NCBI GenBank assembly: GCA_025786725.1
Contig: JAHLTZ010000027.1
Coordinates: 248,001-312,000, forward strand
Source: Syncephalis fuscata S228
Lineage: Eukaryota; Fungi; Zoopagomycota
Length of the DNA stretch: 64,000 nucleotides
Direction of reading: 5' to 3'
In this document: positions 1 to 13,371 of the stretch, one piece after another
How the letters are laid out: each line of letters starts with the position of its first letter
Numbering within the stretch: position 1 is the stretch's first letter
Notes under the pieces: generated by a model
What the model was told of the DNA's origin: nothing
The model's database searches: none
Seen by the model: the letters and a program-made list of their open reading frames with translations, nothing else
Made by a program: the position numbers and the translations under genes

Positions 1-496
1 CAATTGACAGCGATCGCATACTAGTTCATTGCAGCACTTCCCAACTCGAGGAGACACCGAATGGCATGGTAGATAGTAATCAGTGCTACATTCAAGTGAT
101 CTCTTTAAGCAAAGGCATCATTCTTGACTTCAACCATCCAGTAAAGTTCATGCAACATTCGATTTTAATTCCAGCATATAACTTGGCCGTATTCTATCCG
201 TGTGGCAAATCATCACTAGCTGTTATGTCATTATTGAATGGAGAAATTTTACGTGACATCTACTTGAAAAAACCACTCACGCGTCTTCTTTCCTTCAGCA
301 TCTTGTTGACACGAAAATTGTCAGTCATGATCATAACACTGGGCAGTACTGTATTATTGATGTTTTAACAGGTGATGTAGACATTTATAAATTCCCAGTA
401 TCAGAAATGCAACATTATAGATTTACATTTGGTCACATGCTATTGACGGATAATGATACAGCGCATATTGCAAGTTTTGTACCTGAATTGGATTAA
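1..496 (+). CDS. 3' end of a hypothetical protein gene (starts before the window); one frameshift at the A-run 267-272
   Basis: The frame is open from position 3 (IDSDRILVHC...MVDSNQCY...RDIYLKK). Adding one A continues it as TTHASSFLQHLVDTKIVSHD...ASFVPELD* to TAA at 494-496. Confidence 0.55.
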
Positions 497-782
497 ATTT
501 ATTACATAATTACAATAAAATATCATAATGATATTGGGTATATGGTATAAATCATATGAAATAAAGCATTGCCAATGAAATAATGAATGTAATAGAAAGA
601 AAACATTATAACATATTAATGATAGATGTAATTATAAAAAATAGCAATTCAATACATTTTTAGAGTAGAATAGCAACATTTGCATGTTAAAATATGTAAA
701 TAAATAAAACTACTATTAACTTTATTAATTCTTATTATTATGCTTTCATAAGTAGTATATAGTCTACAGCTTATTGATGCTA

Positions 783-2428
783 TTATTGCTGTTGTCGTTG
801 TCGTCGCTTTCGAAGTGACCACCCCAAACCGATAGCACACAGACAACTAACTATTGTAAAATAAAAAGTATCGCGATAGCAGTAATGGCCAATGCATCCA
901 CCAGGCTGTTCGGTACGTGCATCAAATAGAGCACCAAACATTAAATTAAATAGCTGTCCTCCTACGCCAGTTGCACACGACATCCATCCCCTATGCCATA
1001 AATAACCATGATTGGTATAAGCTATTTCTGCTATACTGCTCTAGTAACTTACCAGTTGCGTCCAAATGTAGATAGACCCCAGTATTCGCTAGTAATGGCG
1101 GTAAAAAGCGTAAAGAGTGCACCATAAGCACTGCCTATAACTAAAGTCACAACAAGCAGCCCCGATGGCGTTGATACAGTGAGTGCCATCAATTGCGCCA
1201 CCATCATTATAATACCCGTGGCTATAATAAATGACAATCGACGAATATTATAATTGCGCTTAGCGTAGTCTGATAATGCTCCAGCAATTAATCGTGCAGA
1301 AAAACTGGCTAAACTAATAAGTGCAACATGCATGCTAGCCGCTAGTTGTAGCTCTCGTTCAGATGGTGGCAGCTTGGCTGGACTGTCAAGCAGCAGTTGA
1401 CGTATTATACCACCAACATTTGTGATATACATAAGACCGGTGCCAGTTAGAATACCCATCATGGACCATAGCTGCCAAAAGTTTCTATCTTGAAATAATG
1501 CATGCATCGAAAGATCATCTGTATCAATAACATGGCAATTATCTGACGAAGAGAGTGCATTATACGCGCTTGACGCATTCAAAAGCAATGGTGCATCGCT
1601 GCTAGCTCGAGGACGATTAGGAAAATGCATACGTTCATGTGTGTCAATAATAGATACAGGCGTTAAAGGCGAATTAGGCGTAGAATGTCCACCACCGCTT
1701 CTTCAGCTTCAGCTATTGGCCCATAATCAAATGGCACTATCTTCAAATTCCATAAAGAAATTAGATTGATACCGCTGCACAGAATTGACAGCATCTTTAG
1801 AAAGCCTAACGTATCAGTTTCACCGCCTTTTTCAACACCATTCTCGATAGAAGAGGGCGCAACAAACCACCAACTATTAATAAACGATAACACGAGAGCA
1901 GATAGGCCAAAAAAACTAATGGGCAAACCAAGCATGCTACCTCGTAAATCGGGTGGAAAGTTACGCGCGGTCGTAGATAGTGCGGCCATACATGCCGATG
2001 ACGAACCAGCTCCAACGAAAATCAAGAAAAAGGCGGCCAGCCAATACGACGAACCAAAGATGCCGGCAAACATCGTTGCTAGACCGTGAAATCCGGCAAA
2101 CATAAATGTCGCAGCCAATAAGCAGCCACTATAGTAATAATCAATTGTTGTTAGCAGTAATAGCTAAAGGGTAAAGGAGGCCTTACAAACTAGCACCATA
2201 ATTGTCAACCAAACCTCCAAATAGCGGCGCACTTAGATAGGTGCCAATATCACCGGCTGAAGCAATAATATTGAGTTGCAAATGAGAGTAACCAAGCTGT
2301 TTGGCAATTGGCGGGCCAAACAGTGGAAAAGCATAGCGAGTACCAGCACTAAGATTACTTAGCATAGCACACACCAACGACACTAATCGCTGTGGCTTTT
2401 CAAAAAGAAAGCGCACAGTACGCGACAT
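783..2428 (-). CDS. MFS transporter, MCH1/nodulin-like family; multi-exon, apparent 1-nt frameshift near 1700
   Basis: Hydrophobic ORFs 2183-2431, 1663-2118, 1049-1630 and 783-983 are joined by GT-AG introns. Motifs: AGTRYAFPLFGP, TTARNFPPDLRG, GALSDY, SEYWGLSTFGRNWG, C-terminal GCIGHYCY. Confidence 0.9.
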
Positions 2429-2819
2429 CACTGAGGATTGAGTTGCTGTTTCTGTTAGTATGGTTAAACAATAAAGGAATAGTGATTGCTACAAAGGCAA
2501 CAAGCTAATATTGTGGCAGACTTTATAGATAACACAGGTGAATGTACAAAAGGCGCACATGCATAGAAGGAGTAAAGGGAACAGTGGCGATAAAGTGGAA
2601 TGTGATAGTTAACAAGCGAGAATAAGAGGCGGCACCTATATGTGCAAAAGAGTCGGGATGCAGATTTAGCGGATTGGACTGCCATTTTGTAATCGACGCC
2701 ATCTTTCACGCCGAGTGATTGGTACTAATCCAGCAAGTACTTCGACCGTGATACATTCTAGAATTAACCATCGGTTTAGTTAATTATAGATCAGTAACAT
2801 TTATAAAACAAAACAAATA

Positions 2820-4109
2820 CTAACGTTTTTCCGGTCCCCATACGCGTAAATTGGCCTCGGATTCATAATAAGGATGATGTTGGACTTGCTGCTGCTGGCG
2901 ATGATGCTGGTGGTGGTGACGATGACGACGGCGGTGTTCTTGGGTACCAAGTTGGTGGCGATGGGTTAGCTTATCTTGTTTTAAATTAGCTTGAAAAAGC
3001 TCAGATTCACCAAGTAAATCGTAACAGCCAAGACAAAGCAGCGCCGGCACACGGTGGTCAGTTGTTGACTGACAATGAGTACAGGCACTCGATGATAGCT
3101 CGGCAGATAGCGGCGATGTCGTTAATAGTGATGCTGGTAATTGTCCATGAGCTTGATCGTACAATGCAGTTGTTTCGTTCAGTTGTTGTGCTGTATTAGA
3201 AGATGAAGTCGTTTTGGCCGGCAATAGGCCAAGTGTTGTCATCGCTGGTGTAGAAGCAGTGTGGCGTCTGGCCAATGGTACACCACCTACTTTAGAATGA
3301 TGAAAAGCAAATTAATACCAATACCCATTACTATAATGCCATTTGTAAGTTATTTATTGACTAAACTTACCTTGTAATGGCCGTGAATGGGTGGGTGGTG
3401 TTAATTTGCTATTCTTACTTGTAATACTCGATACTGAATGAGCCTATTCATTTAGTTTACCATTAATATTACATAATACCAAACAATAGATTAATTAATT
3501 AATTAATTTACTTACTTTACGGTGTTGTTGTCCATTGGCCTTCGCCGTACTACTTCCTTGACTGGGCCGTTTTGTTTCGGGCTCTCGCTTTACAGCACGT
3601 ATTGCATCTCCCTGAAATACCTTGCGTTCAGTGTCGCGTGCCCAGGTAAATGAGCGCGGCACAATACCCGTTTCCCAGTACAGTGTAGCAAGCTGTACTG
3701 CACGATCCCGCTTGAACTGATTTGAATGCGGTCCACGCAAGTATTCAGTATACGGTGATTTATCCGGCGAGAACGGTACAAGCTCACGTTCATGGACAAC
3801 CGAGCTAATTTGTTGATCGTTAGTATATATATATGCTAGCTGCTCAACTGCCATAACTTACAAGGAGCTATCCTCAAAATAACACACCAAATGCTCGTGT
3901 GCACCTGGCTCTTGTATGTCTGATGTCATTGTTTTGCGAAATACATCAATTTCACTCTCGGGAACCACCTAGATCGCCGAAGGATTAATAAGAATCGCCG
4001 TTATATTCATTGAATCTACCATTGCTGGCCACCAAAAGGGCGCCTCGGAATCATCAGGATCGACAAATACAATCCGACGCTTGGCATTAGAACGTCTAGG
4101 AGCCGCCAT
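2820..4109 (-). CDS. PWWP/Tudor-like domain protein with a low-complexity His/Gln-rich C-terminus
   Basis: ATG at 4109 gives MAAPRRSNAKRRIVFVDPDDSEAPFWWPAM, then an intron, then VVPESEIDVF...LVCYFEDSS. It continues in ORFs 3495-3854 and 2820-3275. Confidence 0.65.
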
Positions 4110-4237
4110 GATTAAGAAAAGTAGAAGAGACGAGAAGTGAATAGGTGTCGGTTTAAATTTGTAGAAATCACTTTGCTGTCAAGTTAAAAAGTAAGACTTG
4201 AGAAAAAGTTTATAAATTATTGTTGGTGTGTGTACTT

Positions 4238-4256
4238 GTGTGTGTGTGTGTGTGTG
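4238..4256. repeat. (TG)n microsatellite in a divergent promoter
   Basis: Run of gtgtgt... seen directly. Confidence 0.9.
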
Positions 4257-4332
4257 ATAGGAAAGAATAGTTAGGAGTCTCATTTTCACTCTGATCTAAT
4301 CTATTTTCTATACTCTTTTCAGTGCTATTAAC

Positions 4333-4758
4333 ATGAGCAATTACGTGCACGAACGATTCGAGAAAGTGCCAGGACTCGATGAAGTAGATCCAAAGGATTA
4401 TACTGGTAAGTAGAGGTCTAGCGATGTGATTATAGCTGTAAGGCAGTAGATACGTACAAATTAAGAATAAACAGTATAATTAAAGATCTTGTAACTAAAT
4501 GACTAACAGACCGCTATACGTTATAATAATAATAATTTATTAAATAATCTAGCGGTGAATAAGGCACGCGGCCAACATATTCGCGAGGAATGGGTAAAGA
4601 TGATGGAGGCACGTATTGTACGCGAAGAACTTGCAAAGTGCTATCGGACCGAAGGTGTCAATCACTATGAGCAGTGCCGCCATTTGGTCGACCTTTATGG
4701 CAAGCTACGCGATGAAAACCGAGTCAGAGGATTTCTAAAGTCTGAAGTGGAGCATTAA
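4333..4758 (+). CDS. NDUFB10: NADH:ubiquinone oxidoreductase 12 kDa subunit (NDUFB10/PDSW family), 2 exons
   Basis: MSNYVHERFEKVPGLDEVDPKDYT, intron, then IREEWVKMMEARIVREELAKCYRTEGVNHYEQCRHL. CYRTEGVNH is the family signature. Confidence 0.92.
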
Positions 4759-5613
4759 ACCGTGCCAGATTGATAGTAGCGGCCATTTAAGGAACGGACT
4801 AGTCTAAATACCATGCTATCTCAAATCTACTACTATTATTACTACTTTTGCTGTAATTGATAGTAATTTAATAGTAATTGGTCTACAAATGAATTGGATC
4901 ATTTTTTCCAATAAACAAATTAACCAAATTACATTTTATTGAAACGATATGTTACTACAATTTAGATATATTAATAATAATGATACAAAAGAAGTAGGAT
5001 TAGCAACAAGACAATTCAACCATCAAGGACTGCATTGATAGAAGCAGCAGCAACAGCAGCATGCTGTAATATCACGCTGACATCAAGTGATGTGCAGTTG
5101 TCCCACGTCACTTGACAGGTATTACTATATTTGTATTGATGTACAGTATTCAATAAATAATTTCAATACATCTATTGCTTTGTTTTAATCCTGCCATTCT
5201 TTGTCACTGTCTATTTCTTCGCCTTTAATGCATGCAAGTAGCTGTTCAACTTGATTTGCAGCATTGTTATCGCCATTGTTAGTGCAATTTGAACAAAGCG
5301 GAACAACAAAAATCCGACAGAGGTTTAAAAGTACGCTTGGCTGATAAGGGTGTTCTTTTTATTTCTTCACTCCTTATTTACCGTTCTATTTACTTAATAG
5401 GCACGTATTGTAACATATTCTCTCACCGTCACAGATACGTCCCGCCTTAACCAACACGTTCCCCTAGCTTAACCAGTTGTTGTTTTCTCCTTGTATCTGT
5501 ATTCTTCTCGCACAGCTTTCGTTTCTACCTAGCCTTCTTTTCTATCTACTTCAAACCATTATTCTACTTCAAACCATTGCAACCACTGTATCTTTACTAT
5601 AGTATAATTTAAA

Positions 5614-6811
5614 ATGGTAAATAGTCGGTCACCCTCGGCACAAAATGGACGGCTCTCACTGGTCCGTCTGCTAGTGAGTGTAAGTTTAGGTGTCGCTACA
5701 TTGGTTGCTGGTCTGGTACCGGCAACTTATGCCCAAACAACAGATAGTAGTGCTAGCAATGGCACAGGACAATTGTGTAATGGATACAAAGAACTATGTG
5801 ATCGACAGCTTAACAAGATTTCATTTGTAACAACCCATAATGCATTTGCTGTTGGTAATAATCCAGCTGCAAATCAAGACAACTCAATGGCACTGCAACT
5901 GTCTGATGGCGTACGCAGCTTTATGATTGACGCCCATCAACTGGATCCAAATGTTCCTACTGAAAATATTGAACTGTGCCACACTAGCTGTGCTCTTCTC
6001 GATGCTGGCCCGATGATTGACGGACTCAAAGTGTTTACCAAGTTTATGGATGAAAATCCTCGAGAATTTATTGTAATCTTTATTGAAAACTTTGACAATT
6101 TTAACGGTGCAGTGATGGCCAAGACGTTTGATGCCTCAGGTTTGACCAAATATGCCTATTACAAGAATGCAAGCGATCCTTGGCCTACACTTGGCAGTCT
6201 TATCGATCAAAACAAACGAGTAATGTTCTTATTTGATCGTTTGCAAAATCCAGTAGCTCCCTGGTAAGTAATAGCATTTATTACATTAACAAGAAATTAA
6301 TTGATTGTTGATCATTATCATCATAATGATTATTAGGCAAATGTTGGAATATGATGTTTGTTGGGAAACACCGTATGAAATTCCATATAAAAATCCTCAA
6401 TATACCTGTAACGTTGACCGGCCCAGTGTTAAACCAGCCAACAGTATGTATGTAATGAATCATTTTTTATTTACTACATTCTCGTTTGGTGGATCGGCTA
6501 TTCCCATTCCTAACATCGGGATTGCCCCAACTGTCAATGCCGCTCCATTAGTTGACCATGTTGGCATTTGTAAAACACAACAGAACAATGTTGTGCCAAA
6601 TTTCGTTGCTGTTGACTTTTACGAACAAGGTAGTGTATTTTCAGTTGTCGCTAGTCTCAATGGCCTTAACTACACCGGCAATGGCGGCACTAAGCAATCG
6701 GGTAACGGCAATGCTTCAGATGGAACACGCACCGCTACAACTACACTCTTTGGTACACTCAGCATGGGCATCGCAGCATGTGCAATGCTACATTTCTATT
6801 ATCTAATATGA
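5614..6811 (+). CDS. Secreted, probably GPI-anchored PLC-like phosphodiesterase (PI-PLC X-like TIM barrel), 2 exons
   Basis: Signal peptide, CNGYKELC, THNAF, LSDGVRSFMIDAH, LCHTSC, PNFVAVDFY and a hydrophobic C-terminal tail. Confidence 0.9.
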
Positions 6812-7064
6812 TCAAATATCTAAATTATATTAAAACTTAACTCTTACGGATATATATATAACACTTTACTGGATAATAAAAGAAAATTATTATTATTTAA
6901 TTTATTAAAGTCTTAGTTATCACAAATACAAACAGTAGACTCTGATATAATTAAGCTAATAACTATACTAATCTATAATATGCTGTGTGTCAAGTAGCAT
7001 TATTAAACAATTTATTTTTTAGTAACAAGTTGTTAACAATTTATTGTAACTTGCTGATCAAATA

Positions 7065-7277
7065 GAACAAAAATAAAAATAGTTTTGAATAGAGGAAGGC
7101 TAGGCGAATATAGAATAAAATGAGAATTATTTAGGCGAATACAGAATATATGTGTACTGGATATATGCATACTGGATAATGAATCTACAATAATGAGTAT
7201 TTGATCACTGATGTCACTCACCACTCACCATCATGTTCAATAGATTGGGCGTTATTAAATATAGTCATTCGAGCACC
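7065..7277 (-). mobile_element. Internally deleted partial copy (one TIR plus some internal sequence) of the 57399-58238 MITE-like element
   Basis: 7163-7277 aligns by eye to 58131-58245. 7065-7160 matches the reverse complement of parts of 57505-57760. Confidence 0.7.
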
Positions 7278-8341
7278 AGCTCACATTATGATTTGCCAAT
7301 AGTTTGTTTAATATTAGCTTAATAGTTTTAATACAAGTGATACAATTAATTAATTAATATTATTGTTTAAATAGACTATCTGGCTGTATTTATGTTGGAT
7401 GCAACTAATTGGAATATGCTAATATCTGGAAAAGTAAAGACTGTTTTTTAATTACTAAAATAGATAATAGGTATGCCAGTATGTTGATGCAGAATCAACG
7501 ACTAAACAATGTGCTGGGCATAGGAAATCTTGCCAATTCAATGAAAAACGCTTTGTTGTTTATTATGCATCATCAATATGTTATTAAACATTATTCAATT
7601 TCAATAATGAAAAACAAATTTAATTCATTGCTTGTATAAAGAATGAGTACGTGAATCGATAACAAAGCAAACACTACGATAAACTAGACAAAGTAGAAGA
7701 AAGAGAGAGGGTATAAACAGTCTAGTCTAGCATGTGCATCGCTATGTACCAGAACGCTAACGCTAATAGAAACAGTTGACAGCGACGTCAACGACGACAA
7801 ACTATCGTCGATCAACGATGATAAGTAAAAGTCGGATCATTGCATCAAAGAGAAGCAATTGATGATAGTATCTATTGTACAATTCAGACGGAATACTATA
7901 CAATAGAGCTTTATCGATCAATAAAATGAGCAAACTTTCAATAGATAGATATGAATAAAGAAGGTCTTGTTCTATACTTGTTCGCTAGGAATAAGCGTAG
8001 TAGAAGAAAAAGAACAGAAACAACGGTAATTCAAAATAGTAATAGTGATAAAGAAACATAGATAATACAGTGAAAACGAGTGTTATCATGTCTATTATCT
8101 AGGTTAGTTTAAGAAAAAAGAAAGAAAGACAATAAAAATAATATGCACAAACCATCCATGGTATTATTAATAATACTATCATAAAAGTAATATTAGTAAT
8201 ATCATATAAATGATGGCAAGTAAAAAAAACACACAAGCACACACGAATAGACAAATAAACAACAAAAAAAGGTAAATAAATGGGAATGATGCAAATGCTA
8301 ATAGAATGTTAATGAAAACAATGACAATGTCATAGTAAGAA

Positions 8342-9745
8342 TTAAAAACGTTTAAAGAATGGATGTCGAAGTGCTTTTACAATAGTCATACGAGTTGAAT
8401 CATCCTTATCAAGTAGTTGACAAAGTAAATCCTTGGCTAAATAGTGTATAGATTAGCTATATGTAGCATAGTATTAAAAATAACAATATGCTTACCTTCA
8501 CATGAAATGTTGAGATGCTTAGGAAATACTAAACGCTGTCGATGTACAGGATAATCGGGATTAAACGGGAAATGACCAGTTAAACTATTATACGCAAGTT
8601 AGTCTATAGTTCAGTAGATATGACGTTCTATAATCTACTTACCAAGCATAAATCATGACGCCAAATGACCAGGCATCGGCCTTTCGATAATCGATTAGAC
8701 GGCTTGTTACAAAGGCTTCAACTTCTGGCGCCATGTAGCCAGGTGTGCCCATGATATCATGGCCAGTTTCATGGTTACAGAAGGCGGTAAATTCGAGATC
8801 CGTTAAACGTAATTCAATTTGACCATCATCACGACGTAGAACAAGTACATTATCGAGCTGCAAGAATAGTGCAGTGTAGTATCAGTATCCATAGAAGGGT
8901 AGACAAACAAATACCTACCTTGATATCGCGGTGAGCATAACCAAGTCGATGAGTGTGGGCGAGTCCTTTGGCCACTGGACGTAGCATACGTTTCAATTGC
9001 TTTTCACAAATCGGTTTATGATTATCGGCAGCAATATGATCGTATAACGATCCATCAGCCACATCCATAATGTAATAGATGCTACGTGGTGTTTCAAATA
9101 CTTCACGCATATGGAGAAATCCCTCCTACAGTAATAATAATAATAATAATGATAGTTATAAGCAAATTTGATAGCTTTATTAACACTTACCAAATGTGAT
9201 AGCTTGCGATCCATCCACATTTCATGTCGAAGGGCACGATTGTAGATTTGCTGTTGTGGTGTATATTGAAGGCATCCGCCAATGACGGAGAATGCTTTGC
9301 GGTAGCGCTTAAGAGCAATAAAGACATCTTGTTGCAAGTCGTATCCAAGTCGTACTCCGCCGTTACGTCCACTGCCCAGCACACTATTTAATATTAAATA
9401 GCGGTGGGTTAGACGACGGCCTTGCTTAACCAATGCACAGCGGAACTAATAAAGATATACTGGTTAGTAAAATGTCACAATAGTTATCTATTAATTTACC
9501 TCGGCTAATGTTTCGGAGTCTTCGCGAATCAGCTCAAGCATATCGCGTACATCAGAGTTACTGTGAGACGTGATATAATCAGCCAGTTGTGGTTTATCGG
9601 CGTAATTGGATTCATAAGTAGAACGAGCGGAGGAGCTGGACGACGACGACGACGAGGAAGCAGAGGACGACTTTGAACGGGAAAGTAGCTTTTTAGCCAT
9701 CGTTTCTTCCCATTGGACGGCACCAGTTGTGTTTATAGCGGGCAT
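8342..9745 (-). CDS. Ser/Thr protein kinase (CAMK-like), multi-exon, atypical DLE in place of DFG
   Basis: LGSGRNGGV, IALKRY, YAHRDIK|LDNVL, LTDLEF, MGTPGYMAPE, DAWSFGV, ending ALRHPFFKRF*. Confidence 0.88.
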
Positions 9746-12700
9746 ATTGCTTATTCCTCTATAATGCCGTTGGAAAACTAGCAATAGAATAGATGGAAAT
9801 TTGGTAATCAATAGATCGATCGATCGATCAAATCAATCAATGAACCAATGGAGAGTAAATGGATTGGTTAGTTAATTCCGTTATAACAGGCCAAATCAAT
9901 AATAACAGAATAAAAGCAATGACTACCAGCGTATCTCTAATTGCGTGCAAAATGTTGTTGTTGTTATTGCAAAATGGTGTAGTGTTTGTGTGTATGTGTG
10001 TGCGTGTATTTGAATACGGTATGTAGATAAACCGTAGCGCAAAATATATGAAAAAGAAGACCGTTAAAAATAAAAGGGGGACGCGTCGAATGGAGCTGAC
10101 CGGCAGTTATTTGCAGTGTCGCGGAGTGGCCGCGGTAACAGCATATGCAAGTCGCGCGTGGAACAGACAGGAACGTTAACCACTAAGAATCAAGCTGGCC
10201 ACCGAGTCCAATCATCAAATGAATAAGGCAAATAAAAAAGTCACAATTTTCTTTGTGTGTTTGTTGTAGTGGTGGCAATGGCCAGGCAATGGTTACTACT
10301 CTGTGGCTGCAGGTAACAATAACGAATGCACTGCCACGAGGGAAAGATAGTCCACGTGATAAACAGGCAAGTCAATCAAGTCGTAGAAAGAATAAATAAA
10401 GCAAATGTAATTAAGTAGTGTCTGTGCGAAGAATCTCCCTGTATCGATATCATTGACAAATGGAAAATAATAACCAAGGTGTAAAGGAAAGGAGACTTGG
10501 CCAATAATTCATTGGACAACGATAGGGACGGTCGATGTAAACGAAGTACAAATGGCTGCGAGGGTCCGTATGCACAAATACAGATCGGCAATAGCCAAAC
10601 AATAAATGGGTCGGGTAAGGTAGTAGATTAATGTTCAGCGTCAAGTTGAGGATTAATGTATAGACAACCACGATGGAGAATAGTAGTAAAAACAATATGG
10701 TAGAGCAAGAGCGGTTGCAACTGAATGTTGTAAACGTGGATAGGTTAAATGGCGAATATCAACATGTGAATACAAGATACAGTAATTGTTCAAAGGTGAT
10801 ACAGTAGAGATGGTCGATACATCAGGGTGTATGAATAGAGAAAACTGAAGAGATGGGAGCCTTTGACGAAACAAAAGTACCACCTTAGCAATTGTACTAA
10901 TAAAGCAAGCGAGCAGCAAGTAAACGAGCGAACAAGCGAATCATCGAAGGCAAGCGAGCGAACGAGCAATGAGTGGCTCGCCCCGCAAGCCCCTTTTTTT
11001 CACTTAGAATAGGCCGTCTTCCATCCTTTGTTGCATTCAAAAGTGGACCAATCGATGACATTTAAATTGATAGGAAGGATGTTGATAGGCCATCGACGAC
11101 TTGTTTTACTTGGCTGTCGACATCAGTATGACATCGTACACGTCACTGGTTTATTCGTTCGGCGACAAACGACGGGTGTATGACGGAGAGAGAGCACGAA
11201 AGGAGCAAATGCGCGCAAATATTGCTAGAATAGCTACTTACTAGACATGTTGGTATCACAATTAATTGATGAAATGAAAGCAACCAATGACGAATACGGT
11301 GACAATCAATTGAACGAACGAGAGGGCGAGAGCAAGTGTAATGCCAATAATCGAGACTAAATGAAGCAATAAACTGCCTTTGCGGATATCTGTGTAACCA
11401 GCACTACACCAAATATTACAAGTATTCAAAGGGAGAGAGCAAAGATAGATCGATAATCAACAGTCAAGTATATGAAGTGTCGAACCAGTCGTTAACTTCG
11501 GTAAAATAGAATGGGCACTAATCGGAGAATAGAAAAAAAGTTCGAATCTACTATGGTATCGGTAAAGGATGTTTGTAAATCAATAGTAGTAAGGGTAGTA
11601 ATTCAACGAATCAACGTTGGATAGGCAATGGTAACGAGGATGATAATAGAAATGTGCTGGTAGCTACAGTGTGGAAATGTTGCCACTTTATATAAATAAA
11701 TAACAGGTGTGGGGTGTTGTTATAGCTGGATTGCAGGTTGTTTACAAAGTCAAACAAAATGACGAAGGTAACAATGTGGAGTAGAGAAATACATGCGAGA
11801 ATACAATTAACAACACAAAGAAACAACGTGACCATGTTAGAGACATGCAGTTGCATAAACATAAGAAAACAGACCTTTTAGTTCAATAGAAACTATTAAC
11901 AACAATGTCAGGGACAATAGACAAAGAAAAAACGCATGCAAATGGTCTATGCGTATTGTTTAAGTGGCAAAGCAATGGGGCGCATGCAATTAAGTTGTTA
12001 TCAAATACCGTCTATTTTGTTACAAGTCTACACACTTAATACAGCATGTTGTCTTTAAATTTGCTATAGTGGTATTTTCACGTGGATCTCGTGTATAGAG
12101 AGATATGGTAGGGAAATAAGTAGATGGCATGCTTGATTGAAAGCACATGGCCAATCAATCCATAAGACAGTATTCAGTAAAAATAGCTCACGCGCATGAA
12201 TGTATTGCTAAACAGAAAGTTGTACAAGTACTACCACACTTGGTAGCCTGGCCTGTTCAATCATTCAACTGTAGCAACCCCCCTACGATGCAGATAACGA
12301 ACAACTGTCTATCGATTGTGATACATGTTGTCTCTGCCATGCCAGGAGAGTCTTGGTGCGCAATTGATAGGAGTTACTTACCCATACAAATAGGGATATT
12401 GGTTCTCCAAGCTGCGAAAATGTGGGGCAGTATCACTCCACACTATCGGCCGATATAGACAAATAAAGTGTGTATAATAAGAAATAAGTTAACAAAATAG
12501 CGTAAATAATAAAGCAAAGACAAGAATAATCGTATATACGGGTAACTGGTAGTAATTACGGAATAGTTACAGTAATTAATAAGGATTAGTTATAGAACGT
12601 AGCGTAAAATAGAGCAAAAAACATAAAGCGTAATAATATATAGCAAGGTAAAATCGGAGTTTACGGCGGAGTTGTAACGTAGACCAATTAAAATGGTGGA

Positions 12701-13005
12701 GCGGATAATAGTATTTGGATACACTAGGTCATAAACGCGCAATAACAATAGTCGTATACAGCGTTGATACTATTAGTGCTACGTCGTGAATTACAAGAAC
12801 AAAGAATGAGTTTCAAGGAATAAAGAGGGTGTGGATAAGGTTTTGAGAGGATTAAGTGGTGGTTGTGGAGTGGCAAATAAAGTGCGTATTGCGAAGAAAG
12901 AAGGAAAAAAAGATAAGCTAGGCGAGTGTTGCTGTGGATATTTGGAGAAAAGAAGAATAAAATGAAAAGTGAATAAGTGTGTGCAAATAGATAAGTGTAG
13001 ATAGA

Positions 13006-13007
<2 letters not shown>

Positions 13008-13035
<28 letters not shown>
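13008..13035. repeat. (TG)n microsatellite
   Basis: About 14 TG units seen directly. Confidence 0.9.
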
Positions 13036-13036
<1 letters not shown>

Positions 13037-13371
13037 TGCTATTGGTACCTAGATATTGGCAAAGATCACTAAAATGCAGAAACTAGTAAATTATTACTGA
13101 CTATATAATATAAATAAATCACTGATATTATTGTTGAAATGAGCATCGTCAATGTAGCTGTATTAAATGTAATTAACTGTAATATGTTTATTTATTTTCT
13201 ATTAGAATTCAAGCATGCTTTACAGCTTCGTACGACCTTGATCAAACTTGTTGTGTTATTATAAGCATAATAAATCTATTTTTAAGTTGTCGCAGTATTT
13301 ATATCGCATAGTGATAACATATTAAAAGCATGCGTTTATTTTTACGTCTACAAAAGCTTTGTTGCATGCAA

